Both the position numbers and the translations under genes were made by a program. The notes beneath the pieces are model-generated. The model was given only the letters and a program-made list of their open reading frames with translations. It was not told the DNA's origin and made no database searches. 32,000 nt of DNA from Wolbachia endosymbiont of Onchocerca ochengi (GTDB lineage: Bacteria; Pseudomonadota; Alphaproteobacteria; Rickettsiales; Anaplasmataceae): the NCBI RefSeq assembly GCF_000306885.1, contig NC_018267.1, positions 90,001 through 122,000 of the forward strand, in the 5' to 3' direction. Every line of letters starts with the position of its first letter. The first letter of the stretch is position 1. Below, in pieces: positions 19,186 through 28,516 of the stretch.

Positions 19186-20763
19186 TTAAAGTGTACGTTT
19201 AATAGCAGTATCTATAAGAGAAATTGTATTACCTATCCCATAAAGCTTTATGAAAGATCCCATTCTTGGACCGGTTTTTTGGCCAAGTAACGTTCTATAT
19301 AGCAACTGAAACCAATCGCGTAAATTACTATAATTATGCTTTTTTCCAATTGAAAAGACATGAGATTGAATTTCTTCAGCAGTAGTTATAATAGGTAGAG
19401 AATATAGGGCATTCTTTAAATCTAGTAAAGCTTCTTTCTCTTTTTCATTTGGAACTTTATATGCTTTTGCTGGCTTGATAAAGTCGTGATAATACTTAAC
19501 CGCAAAGTCTGAAAGCCTGTCGAGCATTTTATCACTTTCTGGTGTAATATTCGATACATAAGCAGATATAAAACCCCAAAGAATCTCTTTATTTTCAGCA
19601 TTACAAGCTGCTGCCAGGTTTAAAAGTAACGAGAAGTTTATACCTGAAATCCCTATGCTTGGAACATTGCCTTGGTGAATATGCCATACAGGACTATTCA
19701 TATATTTTTCTTTATCCTCATTATATAACTTAACAAACTCCAGATATTTATCAGTTGACCTTGGTATAACATCGAAATGTAAACGTTTAGCCTTCTTTGG
19801 ACTCTGAAAGATATACAACGCTAAACTCTCTGTTGGGGCATAAGTGAGCCACTCTTCAATTGAAATACCATTTCCTTTTGATTTTGATATTTTCTTTCCT
19901 TCTTTATCAAGAAAAAACTCGTAGGAAAACAGAAGTGGTGGCTTTTCTCGAAGAATTTCACATACTTGACTTGAAAGTACAGCAGATGAAACCAAATCTT
20001 TTCCATGAGCTTCATAATTGACTCCAAATGTAGCCCATCTCATTCCCCAATCTGGTTTCCATTGCAATTTACATCTGCCTTTTGTCACTGGAACCTCTAT
20101 TTTTTCTCCATCTGTATCTTCATATGTGATTGTTCCTTTATTGGCATTCCTTTCAATTATTGGAACTTGTAAAACTCGAGAAGCTTTTGGACATATTGGT
20201 AAAAACGGACTATAGGTTTGTTGCCTTTCTTCTCGAAATGATGGAAGCATTACATCCATTACTTTGTCGTAATTCTTCAGCAAAAGTAAAAGTTTTTCAT
20301 CGTAAACGCCAGATTTATAGCACTCTGTAGCACTTCTAAATTCGTATTCAAAATTAAATAAATCAAGAAATTTACATAACAGTGAATTCATATGGTGGCC
20401 ATAACTTTCGTGGGTGCCAAATGGGTCAGGTATCATCGTTAATGGCTTATTTAAATGCTCTTTTAGCATCCCTTGATTCGGCACATTATCTGGTATTTTT
20501 CGCAAACCATCCATATCATCAGAAACTACAATAATCTTAGTCTTTATATCAGGAGCTATTTTCTTTAGTGCATTCGCAACAACTGTAGTACGAAAAACCT
20601 CCCCAAAAGTACCAATATGTGGCAAACCTGAAGGTCCATAGCCAGTTTCAAATATTATCCCCTTTTTATTAGGAAATCTTTGTAATATTTTTTCTGCTTC
20701 CTGAAATGGCCAGCTTATCATCATTGAATTCAAATTACTTATCTTACCTAAAGAGGTACTCAT
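19186..20763 (-). CDS. lysK: Lysine--tRNA ligase, class I type
   Basis: 525-aa ORF with the class I HIGH-type motif (LPHIGTFGE) and a KMSKS-type motif (KISKSKG). Its architecture matches the class I LysRS of Rickettsiales, spirochetes and archaea rather than the class II LysS. Confidence 0.94.
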   Translation of the reverse strand: MSTSLGKISNLNSMMISWPFQEAEKILQRFPNKKGIIFETGYGPSGLPHIGTFGEVFRTTVVANALKKIAPDIKTKIIVVSDDMDGLRKIPDNVPNQGMLKEHLNKPLTMIPDPFGTHESYGHHMNSLLCKFLDLFNFEYEFRSATECYKSGVYDEKLLLLLKNYDKVMDVMLPSFREERQQTYSPFLPICPKASRVLQVPIIERNANKGTITYEDTDGEKIEVPVTKGRCKLQWKPDWGMRWATFGVNYEAHGKDLVSSAVLSSQVCEILREKPPLLFSYEFFLDKEGKKISKSKGNGISIEEWLTYAPTESLALYIFQSPKKAKRLHFDVIPRSTDKYLEFVKLYNEDKEKYMNSPVWHIHQGNVPSIGISGINFSLLLNLAAACNAENKEILWGFISAYVSNITPESDKMLDRLSDFAVKYYHDFIKPAKAYKVPNEKEKEALLDLKNALYSLPIITTAEEIQSHVFSIGKKHNYSNLRDWFQLLYRTLLGQKTGPRMGSFIKLYGIGNTISLIDTAIKRTL

Positions 20764-20792
20764 TTCAATAGATTTTTAATTAATAATATAGT
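20764..20792 (+). promoter_or_regulatory. Candidate sigma-70 promoter for the virB3 operon (TTCAAT-N17-TATAGT), with a GAGGG Shine-Dalgarno at 20816-20820
   Basis: TTCAAT (20764-20769), a 17-nt spacer, then TATAGT (20787-20792) lie in the 64-bp divergent lysK/virB3 gap. GAGGG sits 7 nt upstream of the virB3 ATG. This is a sequence match only. Confidence 0.25.
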
Positions 20793-20827
20793 ATTAGTGT
20801 TGAAGCTATTAGTCAGAGGGTCAAAAA

Positions 20828-21121
20828 ATGTCTACAGGTAGCATACAAACAAATCAATTGTTTAAAGGTCTTACAAGACCTGCGATGCTTTTCGGTGTGA
20901 GTTATATGTTTGCAATATTAAATGTTCTAATTTGCATGTTAATTTTTATTAATATAAATGATCTTAGAACTTTCTTGATGTTATTCGGAATACACGGACT
21001 TGGTTATATAGCTTCCGCAAAAGAACCGCTGTTTATTGAATTATTTATGGTAAAATTAGGAAAGTGCTCAAGATGTTTAAACCGTCTTTATCATGGAGCT
21101 AATTCTTACGATATTACTTAA
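20828..21121 (+). CDS. virB3: Type IV secretion system protein VirB3 (RvhB3)
   Basis: 97-aa ORF with the VirB3 signature LFKGLTRPAMLFGVSYMF followed by hydrophobic helices. It lies immediately upstream of virB4. Confidence 0.9.
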   Translation: MSTGSIQTNQLFKGLTRPAMLFGVSYMFAILNVLICMLIFININDLRTFLMLFGIHGLGYIASAKEPLFIELFMVKLGKCSRCLNRLYHGANSYDIT

Positions 21122-21130
21122 TGTTATACA

Positions 21131-23536
21131 ATGCTGAGGTTTAGAGCTATTCAATCAAAGAATAAATCTATTCTAAACAGAGAAGTTCATACTGCTGAAT
21201 TTATACCTTACTCTTACTATTGGAATAGTACAACCTTAGTAACAAAACAGAATTGGTTAGTTAAGTTTATAAAACTAAATGGCTTTGCGTTTGAAACAGC
21301 CGATGATGAAGATCTGGTAATACAGAACAATATTAGGAATCAAATGCTGAGAAGCATTTCGTCTCCAGCATTCGGTCTATATTTTCATACTATCAGACGT
21401 AAGAAAAATATCTTCTCTGATGAATCTGTAAATCAAAAATTGCCAAATTTTTTTGCTAATTACGTAAATCTAAAATGGAGAGAAAAACACTCAACAAGGC
21501 AATCATTTATTAACGATCTATATATTACAGTTATTCGTAGAACGGATACAAAAGGAGTAGAATTTTTATCACACTTACTGAAAAAATTCGGACATGTAAC
21601 CTCAAAATATGCCTGGAAAAGCGACATGCGTGCTATTTATGAAGACTTAGAAGAAACAACAAATCGTGTAGTAACAAGCCTTAGAAATTACTCGCCTAAG
21701 GTTCTTGGAGTAAAAGAAACCCCAAACGGTTTATTTTGTGAAATAATGGAATTTCTATCTAGAATTGTAAATTGTGGCTTCATTACAAATACGCTTTTCC
21801 CTTTAAAAACCGAAATATCGAAATACTTACCAGTACATAGATTGTTTTTTGGCCATAAGACCATACAAGTTATAACTCACAACGAGAGCAAATATGCTGG
21901 AATAGTGAGTATCAAAGAATATGGTAATAATACCTCTGCAGGAATGCTTGATCACTTTTTACAACTTCCCTACGAGTTTATTATCACACAGTCTTTCCAA
22001 TTCACAAACAGACAAATAGCAATTGCAAAAATGCAGATACAACAAAATCGGATGATACAATCCGAAGATAAAGCTATTTCTCAAATAGCAGAAATCTCTC
22101 ATGCACTTGATGATGCAATGAGTGGTAAGATTGCGTTTGGCGAACATCACTTAACTATCTTATGTATAGAAAAAAACCCTAAATCATTAGACAATGCTTT
22201 GTCGCTGGTAGAATCAGAGCTTTCTAACTGTGGTGTTTATCCTATCCGTGAAAGAGTTAACCTTGAACCAGCATTTTGGGCACAAATTCCTGGTAATTTC
22301 AATTATATAGTTAGAAAAGGTACAATAAGCAGTCTTAACTTAGCTGGCTTTGTATCTCAACATAATTATCCTACTGGTAATAAATTCAATAATCACTGGG
22401 GAGATGCTGTTACAGTTTTTGACACAACATCCGGTACACCATTTTTCTTTAATTTTCATATAAGAGATGTTGGGCATACTATGATAATTGGTCCAACTGG
22501 CTCTGGTAAAACTGTTTTAATGAATTTCTTATGTGCTCAAGCAATGAAATTTTCTCCAAGAATATTCTTCTTCGATAAAGATCGTGGCGCAGAGATCTTC
22601 TTAAGAGCGCTTGGCGGTGTCTATACACTAATAGAACCAAGAACTAAGACAAATTTTAATCCTCTACAACTTGATGATACTACTGACAATAGAACATTTT
22701 TAATGGAGTGGATAAAATCTTTAATTTCAGTATACAATGATAAATTTACTTCAGAAGATATTACTCGAATTAATGATGCAATTGAAGGAAATTTTAAGTT
22801 GAGGAAAGAAGACAGATTCTTGAGAAATCTCGTACCATTTTTAGGCCTTGCAGGCCCTGGTACCTTAGCTGGGGCAATATCTATGTGGCACGGTAATGGT
22901 TCTCACGCTGCAATATTTGATAATAAAGAAGATTTACTAGATTTTTCAAAAGCAAGGGTATTTGGCTTCGAAATGACTAGCTTACTCAAAGATTCTGTTG
23001 CTCTTGGACCGGTTTTGATTTATTTGTTTCATAGGATTAGTATATCTCTTGATGGCACTCCATCTATTATTGTTCTTGATGAAGCGTGGGCATTAATAGA
23101 TAATCCAGTCTTTGCACCTAAGATAAAAGACTGGTTAAAAGTGCTAAGGAAATCAAATGCTTTTGTGATTTTTGCCACTCAAAGTGTTGAAGATGCAAGC
23201 AAAAGTACCATTAGTGATACACTTGTACAACAAACAGCAACACAAATTTTTTTACCAAACTTAAAAGCCACTAGTGTCTATCGAGATGTCTTTATGCTAA
23301 CTGAACGTGAATATATACTAATCAAGCATACAGATCCAAGTACTAGATTCTTTTTGGTGAAACAAGGAGCTAATGCTGTTGTAGCTAGAATAGACTTAAA
23401 AGACTTAGATGATATAGTCAATGTGTTATCCGGACGTGCAGAAAGTATTCTATTGTTACATGATATATTAAAAGAAGTCGGGAACGACCCGAAAAGATGG
23501 TTACCCATATTCTACCAGAGAGTAAAAAATGTTTAA
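21131..23536 (+). CDS. virB4: Type IV secretion system ATPase VirB4 (RvhB4)
   Basis: 801-aa ORF with Walker A GPTGSGKT, Walker B IIVLDEAW and the FATQS motif. The N-terminal region has VirB4/CagE/TrbE-type sequence (IPYSYYWNSTTLVTKQNWLVKFIKLNGFAFE). Confidence 0.97.
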   Translation: MLRFRAIQSKNKSILNREVHTAEFIPYSYYWNSTTLVTKQNWLVKFIKLNGFAFETADDEDLVIQNNIRNQMLRSISSPAFGLYFHTIRRKKNIFSDESVNQKLPNFFANYVNLKWREKHSTRQSFINDLYITVIRRTDTKGVEFLSHLLKKFGHVTSKYAWKSDMRAIYEDLEETTNRVVTSLRNYSPKVLGVKETPNGLFCEIMEFLSRIVNCGFITNTLFPLKTEISKYLPVHRLFFGHKTIQVITHNESKYAGIVSIKEYGNNTSAGMLDHFLQLPYEFIITQSFQFTNRQIAIAKMQIQQNRMIQSEDKAISQIAEISHALDDAMSGKIAFGEHHLTILCIEKNPKSLDNALSLVESELSNCGVYPIRERVNLEPAFWAQIPGNFNYIVRKGTISSLNLAGFVSQHNYPTGNKFNNHWGDAVTVFDTTSGTPFFFNFHIRDVGHTMIIGPTGSGKTVLMNFLCAQAMKFSPRIFFFDKDRGAEIFLRALGGVYTLIEPRTKTNFNPLQLDDTTDNRTFLMEWIKSLISVYNDKFTSEDITRINDAIEGNFKLRKEDRFLRNLVPFLGLAGPGTLAGAISMWHGNGSHAAIFDNKEDLLDFSKARVFGFEMTSLLKDSVALGPVLIYLFHRISISLDGTPSIIVLDEAWALIDNPVFAPKIKDWLKVLRKSNAFVIFATQSVEDASKSTISDTLVQQTATQIFLPNLKATSVYRDVFMLTEREYILIKHTDPSTRFFLVKQGANAVVARIDLKDLDDIVNVLSGRAESILLLHDILKEVGNDPKRWLPIFYQRVKNV

Positions 23537-26078
23537 GACCAAGCTGTCACTGCTACTGATCTTGATATTTTTACTGAATGTAGATTTTTTACTCTCATAT
23601 CCAGCTTTTGGAGATATAGCAAGTGGCATTGATAGAACAGAATTTGTTAGCAGATTTAATTCTACTGGCAGTTTCAGTCGTGCCTCTAACCCTGATTGTG
23701 GAGCGTTTAAAACAGCCCCAGCACTTGCTGGGATAGCAATCGCTGTTGGTGCGATATTTACTGGCGTTGTCTTGACTGTCTCTTCTGCTGGATTATCTAC
23801 TAGTCTTGTTATTGTTGGAATGATAGCTGCAATCGTTGGAGTTTGGAAAGCAATAGGAGGACTCGTTGTCTGTGAGCATAGTTTTGTTAGACACCCAGTT
23901 GCACGTGATCATGATGGAAAGTATAAGGATTTTACATTAAGAGACACAAGTTATAGCACATTCATAAATAAAAATTTTCAAACAGAAGATGAATATCTTT
24001 CTGCATTAAAAGGAGAATCTGGAAAAAATGCAAAACAGATAGAAAAAGAAATTTTAGACTTTGCTAACTGGGATATTGTTAATATTGATAGAGAACATTA
24101 TTACTGGCCAAAAAATGGTGTGCAGTATAGTGAATATATAGAAGTATGTTATCGCAATCCTTTAACATTCGGTAATCTTTTTAAGAAGAATGACTTTGAT
24201 TTCAGAGAGAAGGCCGGATACATAGATTTTGATGTTAGGGAAAAAGACACTGGATACGTAAATGGGTCGTGGTCACCAAAAGTTGATGGAGGACTAAAAT
24301 GTAAAGTTCTCAAAGCTGGACAGAGCAAAACCATATATGGATCAACGTTCAAAGCAGTAAGAAAAACAGGTAGGCTATGTGTAGAGTTAGCTGAGGTTAA
24401 CACACTTGGTATTAGAATAATCCCCTGGCCGCAAGGAGTTGATATAGGGTGCACGGAATTACCACCTGACCTAATTGCTCCTATGTGTGAGAAGTCCAAG
24501 ATAAAATTTAGTATTGGCAATCCAATCCCTATTGGTTCCGATGAAGATTATAAAACTATTATAAGGAACAACGAAAAAGAGGGAAAAATCTTTATAGGTT
24601 ACGATAACAAAGGTTGTTTTCAAGACTACGTTTCACAAGCTTGTTACAATCAGACGGGAAGTAAATCATTAGCTCCTATTCCTATAACTTCCATGGTAGT
24701 ACAATGTATTAAGGAATCGTTAGATAACTTAGTTACAGGTAAAGGTATGCCAAATGGTGAGAACTTTATATCTTTGGCACAAAAAAGGCTAAAAAATACT
24801 GTAACTGCTGTTTTAGTTTTAGCTTTAATGCTGTTCTCTATAAAAGCCATATCCGGTGGAGTACGCAGTTCACAAGAAATATACATGTTGATTATTAAAT
24901 TTGCTTTAGTGATCTACTTTACAACAGGTAGCACTATGTCTCATTATTATAAGGAGTTAACAAGGCTTTCAGATGGTTTGTCTGAGATAGTCTTAAAGGC
25001 ATCATCTGAAAGTAAAAATATATGTAATTATAAAGCAGAAAAGTATGGAGAAGACATCTATCTTGCGTCCTGGGATAGACTTGATTGTAGAATTTTATTT
25101 TACTTAGGAGCACCTTTAGATGGAATTGCTGGGAAAATTGGTACTAGTGGTGCAGGAATATTGGCTATTTTACTTGGTTCTGCTCCTGTTTTATTAGTAG
25201 CAGGCTCAATAATCGGCATCATTTTTGCTGGCGGACAGATTTTAACAGCTCTTATCTGTATATTTATGGCCGTTATGATGATGATGGTTATTTTATGGAT
25301 GTGCTATATATTTATTTTATCCCTTATTGCCTTAAGTGTAATCATCACTTTATCACCCTTGTTCATTCCTATGGTTCTATTCCAACACACTAAAGGATAC
25401 TTTGATGGTTGGTTAAAGGAATTGATTACCTATAGCTTATACCCAGTTATGCTTTTCGCGTTTTTGTCCTTTATGTTCATAGTATGCGATAAAATCTATT
25501 TTAAAAATTTACATTTTGAAAGAGAAGAAATCACAGTGCTAAGCAATAAAAAACAGTGGTTTAAGTTAAAAGATGGAGAATGCAGTAAAAAAAACGAAAC
25601 CACTCTTGCATGCATGATGCAAAACTACAGCTTTAAGAAGAGTAACATACTTGGTTTATTCGATTTTACATATATGGAGTTTAGCAGTTCTCTAATCGGA
25701 GAATTGTTTAAATTAGCTCTAATATTATTCCTATTTTATCACTTTTTAAATATTCTTCCTAATATGGCTGCAGAGCTCGCCGGCAATCCAAGGTCAGCAC
25801 TTGGCTCTGGTACTACACCTGGAAAAATGATATCAAAAGCCTTCTCTGTAACTAAAGCTATTGTTGGAGCTATTAGCAAAGCTCAATCTGGAGGTACTGC
25901 TGAAGCTGCCAAGAAAGCTAAAAAAAGTATGGAGAGTATAAGGTTTTGTTCTGATGAACAAAACAGTAGTAGATCTACTCTCGCAAATACTGGTACTAGT
26001 ACTACCAAAAATGTTGAAAAAGATATCATTGACACTGTAAAAGATGCCGCTCCTAGCGGCAGTGGTCAAAGTGAGTAA
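23529..26078 (+). CDS. virB6: VirB6-like type IV secretion inner-membrane protein, paralog 1 (RvhB6-type, extended)
   Basis: 849-aa ORF whose start overlaps the virB4 stop by 8 nt (ATGTTTAA). It has an N-terminal signal-like segment and a ~300-aa hydrophilic domain. A polytopic TrbL/VirB6-like core follows (LSPLFIPMVLFQHTKGYFDGWLKELITYSLYPVMLFAFLSF), which aligns with the next two paralogs. The 102-aa C-terminal tail is Ser/Thr/Gly/Lys-rich. Confidence 0.88.
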   Translation: MFKTKLSLLLILIFLLNVDFLLSYPAFGDIASGIDRTEFVSRFNSTGSFSRASNPDCGAFKTAPALAGIAIAVGAIFTGVVLTVSSAGLSTSLVIVGMIAAIVGVWKAIGGLVVCEHSFVRHPVARDHDGKYKDFTLRDTSYSTFINKNFQTEDEYLSALKGESGKNAKQIEKEILDFANWDIVNIDREHYYWPKNGVQYSEYIEVCYRNPLTFGNLFKKNDFDFREKAGYIDFDVREKDTGYVNGSWSPKVDGGLKCKVLKAGQSKTIYGSTFKAVRKTGRLCVELAEVNTLGIRIIPWPQGVDIGCTELPPDLIAPMCEKSKIKFSIGNPIPIGSDEDYKTIIRNNEKEGKIFIGYDNKGCFQDYVSQACYNQTGSKSLAPIPITSMVVQCIKESLDNLVTGKGMPNGENFISLAQKRLKNTVTAVLVLALMLFSIKAISGGVRSSQEIYMLIIKFALVIYFTTGSTMSHYYKELTRLSDGLSEIVLKASSESKNICNYKAEKYGEDIYLASWDRLDCRILFYLGAPLDGIAGKIGTSGAGILAILLGSAPVLLVAGSIIGIIFAGGQILTALICIFMAVMMMMVILWMCYIFILSLIALSVIITLSPLFIPMVLFQHTKGYFDGWLKELITYSLYPVMLFAFLSFMFIVCDKIYFKNLHFEREEITVLSNKKQWFKLKDGECSKKNETTLACMMQNYSFKKSNILGLFDFTYMEFSSSLIGELFKLALILFLFYHFLNILPNMAAELAGNPRSALGSGTTPGKMISKAFSVTKAIVGAISKAQSGGTAEAAKKAKKSMESIRFCSDEQNSSRSTLANTGTSTTKNVEKDIIDTVKDAAPSGSGQSE

Positions 26079-28516
26079 TGGATAAACGTTTAAGTGATCA
26101 AAGCTTAGGACGGGCTATGCGTAAGTTTTTACTAATAGTAATATTCTTTTTGCTGTCTGGTTGCGAGGATCATTGTATTAAGCCAGAGAATTTATTAAAC
26201 TTACGCGAAAAATTGGATGTAGTGTCAACACAACAAAAGTGGGTTGACTCTAACGTTCACATTTCAAGTAAGATAAAAATAACAGAAATTAGCATAGTCC
26301 CTAATAAAATCAGTTTTTGCCCGCAGTATGAAGATTTTGCAATAAGACCTGGAGTAAAAGAGGTTACGTTATCAAAATTTGCACTTAAAGCCGGAGATTC
26401 AATAAACTTTAGTGTTATTGGAAGTAAAGTATGTAAAGACAAGGAAAATAAGACAATTAGATATGTAAGTATTGATAAAAAATGCAGCAACAAAGAAAAG
26501 GAGTATTTTGCACGCATTTTAAACCAAGATGAATGTCAAATATGGGAGGATGAAGAAGGTCAGTACACAATATGCCCCAACAAATACATAATAGGCAACA
26601 AGATAGAATGGTTAGATGGAAAAGAGTACTGGGATCCAACTTTTTCAAAAGTAGATCAAGATGAGAGGAAAGAAAAAATTAAAAGCATTATTAACTCTAT
26701 AAAAGGAGAAAATATAAACTGTAGTAGTCTTTCAGATAGACAAATAAGCAAAGTAGATACGCACATTTTAAATTTACTCTGTGGACGCATATGTAAATTT
26801 CCTTCTGGCAACAGGAACACAGATTGTGCATATATTGAATTCAATAGTATAGAAGGTGAGATATCTCAGTCTTATATTGAAGTGATTAGTAATTTTCTAA
26901 AAGAAAAACAAGTAAAAACTGACATTACACTTCTAAAAGTTCACATGGATGGTGAAAATTTTGAACATATTCCAAGTGGTGGTTTATGTACTAATTGTGA
27001 TTATAAAATTAATAAGGACCATCAAACACCGAGTTTAACTTTCAGTTTATGTAGTAGAAACAATGAGAGCTGCTACGATAGAAATGACAAAGGTGGTTTT
27101 AACATAAGAGTAACAAAAGTTGCTAATCTAAAAAAGAGTTTATATATAAGAGTTTCTGATGAGTTTCCTAATAATAATCCCGGTGAAAATCAGGAAGATA
27201 TATCTGTAGATATTAGCAAAGTTCATGATACTCAAGAAATGGAAAAATTGAAGAAAAAGTTAAAAGGCAAAAATGGTACCATATACTACGGAATAAAAGA
27301 TCATGGTTGCAATTACGAGAAAAATGAAGGTCAGCTCAGCATCAAGCTAACAACTAAAGAGCCCCCTACAAGAACTTTTAGTGCAATATATAATTTTTTT
27401 GATGAGAAGATAAAAACCGCATTTTTCGGCCCCAGCTACAATGACTCTGATATAATCTACTCTGATACTAGTCCTATAAAGGTTCTTTACGATAGTTTTA
27501 CAAAATCAAGCAAAACAAATACTATTAGGTCTACAATAATATCAGTGCTAATATTATATATAGTCCTGTATACTCTTTATTACCTTCTTGGCTTAACTCA
27601 TGTTTCTATATATGAGTTTTTAATTGCATGTGTAAAGATAGGAATTATCACCCAGCTATTGCGAGATAATAGCTGGAATTTTTTCTATAATAACGCGTTC
27701 TCTATTTTTATTAACACTCCAAAACAGTTAATAGAAGTAGCAAATTTCAGAGGTACAATATCAAATGTTTTTGAGTTTCTCGATTTATCACTGAATAGAT
27801 TTCTTTTACCAAATTCCATACTATTAATAGTATCCCTTATATTTTCTGGCCCTTTAGGCATTATAGCTTTTTGCTTGTTGATTTGGGGTTTAATAAAAGT
27901 AGCATTGTCTATTTTTAATGCCTTATTTTCTTTTGTTACATCTATGGCAACAGTTGCATTATTACTTTCTTTAGCACCTATCTTTATTATTTGTCTTTTG
28001 TTTACGTACACTAGACAGATGTTCCACAATTGGATCAAAAATTTAGCGAGATTTACAATCCACCCAGCAGTACTTTTAATTTTTATATCGTTGATGAGTC
28101 AAGCTATGGATCACATCATATATTCAATGTTTGATTTTGAAGCTTGTTCTATATGCATACTCAATATCAATCTAAGAATCTTTAACCCTTGTATTTTCTA
28201 CGGGTACGTCTCTAAGCATACACCTAATATTGCTGCTATGATAACTTTTGTTATTTTGGGTTATGCAATGGAAGCTTTGATTGAAGCTTCTTCAAAAATA
28301 TCTGACTCATTGTTTGGTGTTTATATAATGAATGAACCTGGAAAACAATATCAACAAAGCTTAATAGAAATAGTCGGATTAGGTAAAGAAAGTGCTCAAA
28401 TACGAGCAGGAAGTGCTGCTCAACAGTTAAGTGCACCAATCAAAAGACCTGAAATACCGCAAGGAACTCGAAACTCAATACCTCAGACACCACAGTCTCC
28501 AGGGAAACCATCATAA
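26078..28516 (+). CDS. virB6: VirB6-like type IV secretion protein, paralog 2 (lipoprotein-type N-terminus)
   Basis: 812-aa ORF with a TAATG stop/start overlap with paralog 1. It has a lipobox-like LLSGC, and the alternative start MRKFLL at 26117 would give a classic signal. A ~450-aa Cys-rich hydrophilic domain is followed by the VirB6 core (LAPIFIICLLFTYTRQMFHNWIKNLARFTIHPAVLLIFISL). The C-terminal tail is Pro/Gln-rich. Confidence 0.88.
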   Translation: MDKRLSDQSLGRAMRKFLLIVIFFLLSGCEDHCIKPENLLNLREKLDVVSTQQKWVDSNVHISSKIKITEISIVPNKISFCPQYEDFAIRPGVKEVTLSKFALKAGDSINFSVIGSKVCKDKENKTIRYVSIDKKCSNKEKEYFARILNQDECQIWEDEEGQYTICPNKYIIGNKIEWLDGKEYWDPTFSKVDQDERKEKIKSIINSIKGENINCSSLSDRQISKVDTHILNLLCGRICKFPSGNRNTDCAYIEFNSIEGEISQSYIEVISNFLKEKQVKTDITLLKVHMDGENFEHIPSGGLCTNCDYKINKDHQTPSLTFSLCSRNNESCYDRNDKGGFNIRVTKVANLKKSLYIRVSDEFPNNNPGENQEDISVDISKVHDTQEMEKLKKKLKGKNGTIYYGIKDHGCNYEKNEGQLSIKLTTKEPPTRTFSAIYNFFDEKIKTAFFGPSYNDSDIIYSDTSPIKVLYDSFTKSSKTNTIRSTIISVLILYIVLYTLYYLLGLTHVSIYEFLIACVKIGIITQLLRDNSWNFFYNNAFSIFINTPKQLIEVANFRGTISNVFEFLDLSLNRFLLPNSILLIVSLIFSGPLGIIAFCLLIWGLIKVALSIFNALFSFVTSMATVALLLSLAPIFIICLLFTYTRQMFHNWIKNLARFTIHPAVLLIFISLMSQAMDHIIYSMFDFEACSICILNINLRIFNPCIFYGYVSKHTPNIAAMITFVILGYAMEALIEASSKISDSLFGVYIMNEPGKQYQQSLIEIVGLGKESAQIRAGSAAQQLSAPIKRPEIPQGTRNSIPQTPQSPGKPS

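Noticed and set aside
18210-20330. ORFs at 18210-18407 (+), 19821-20027 (-, alternate frame), 20018-20215 (+) and 20130-20330 (+)
   Set aside because: They are embedded in or antisense to fumC and lysK. They are shadow ORFs.
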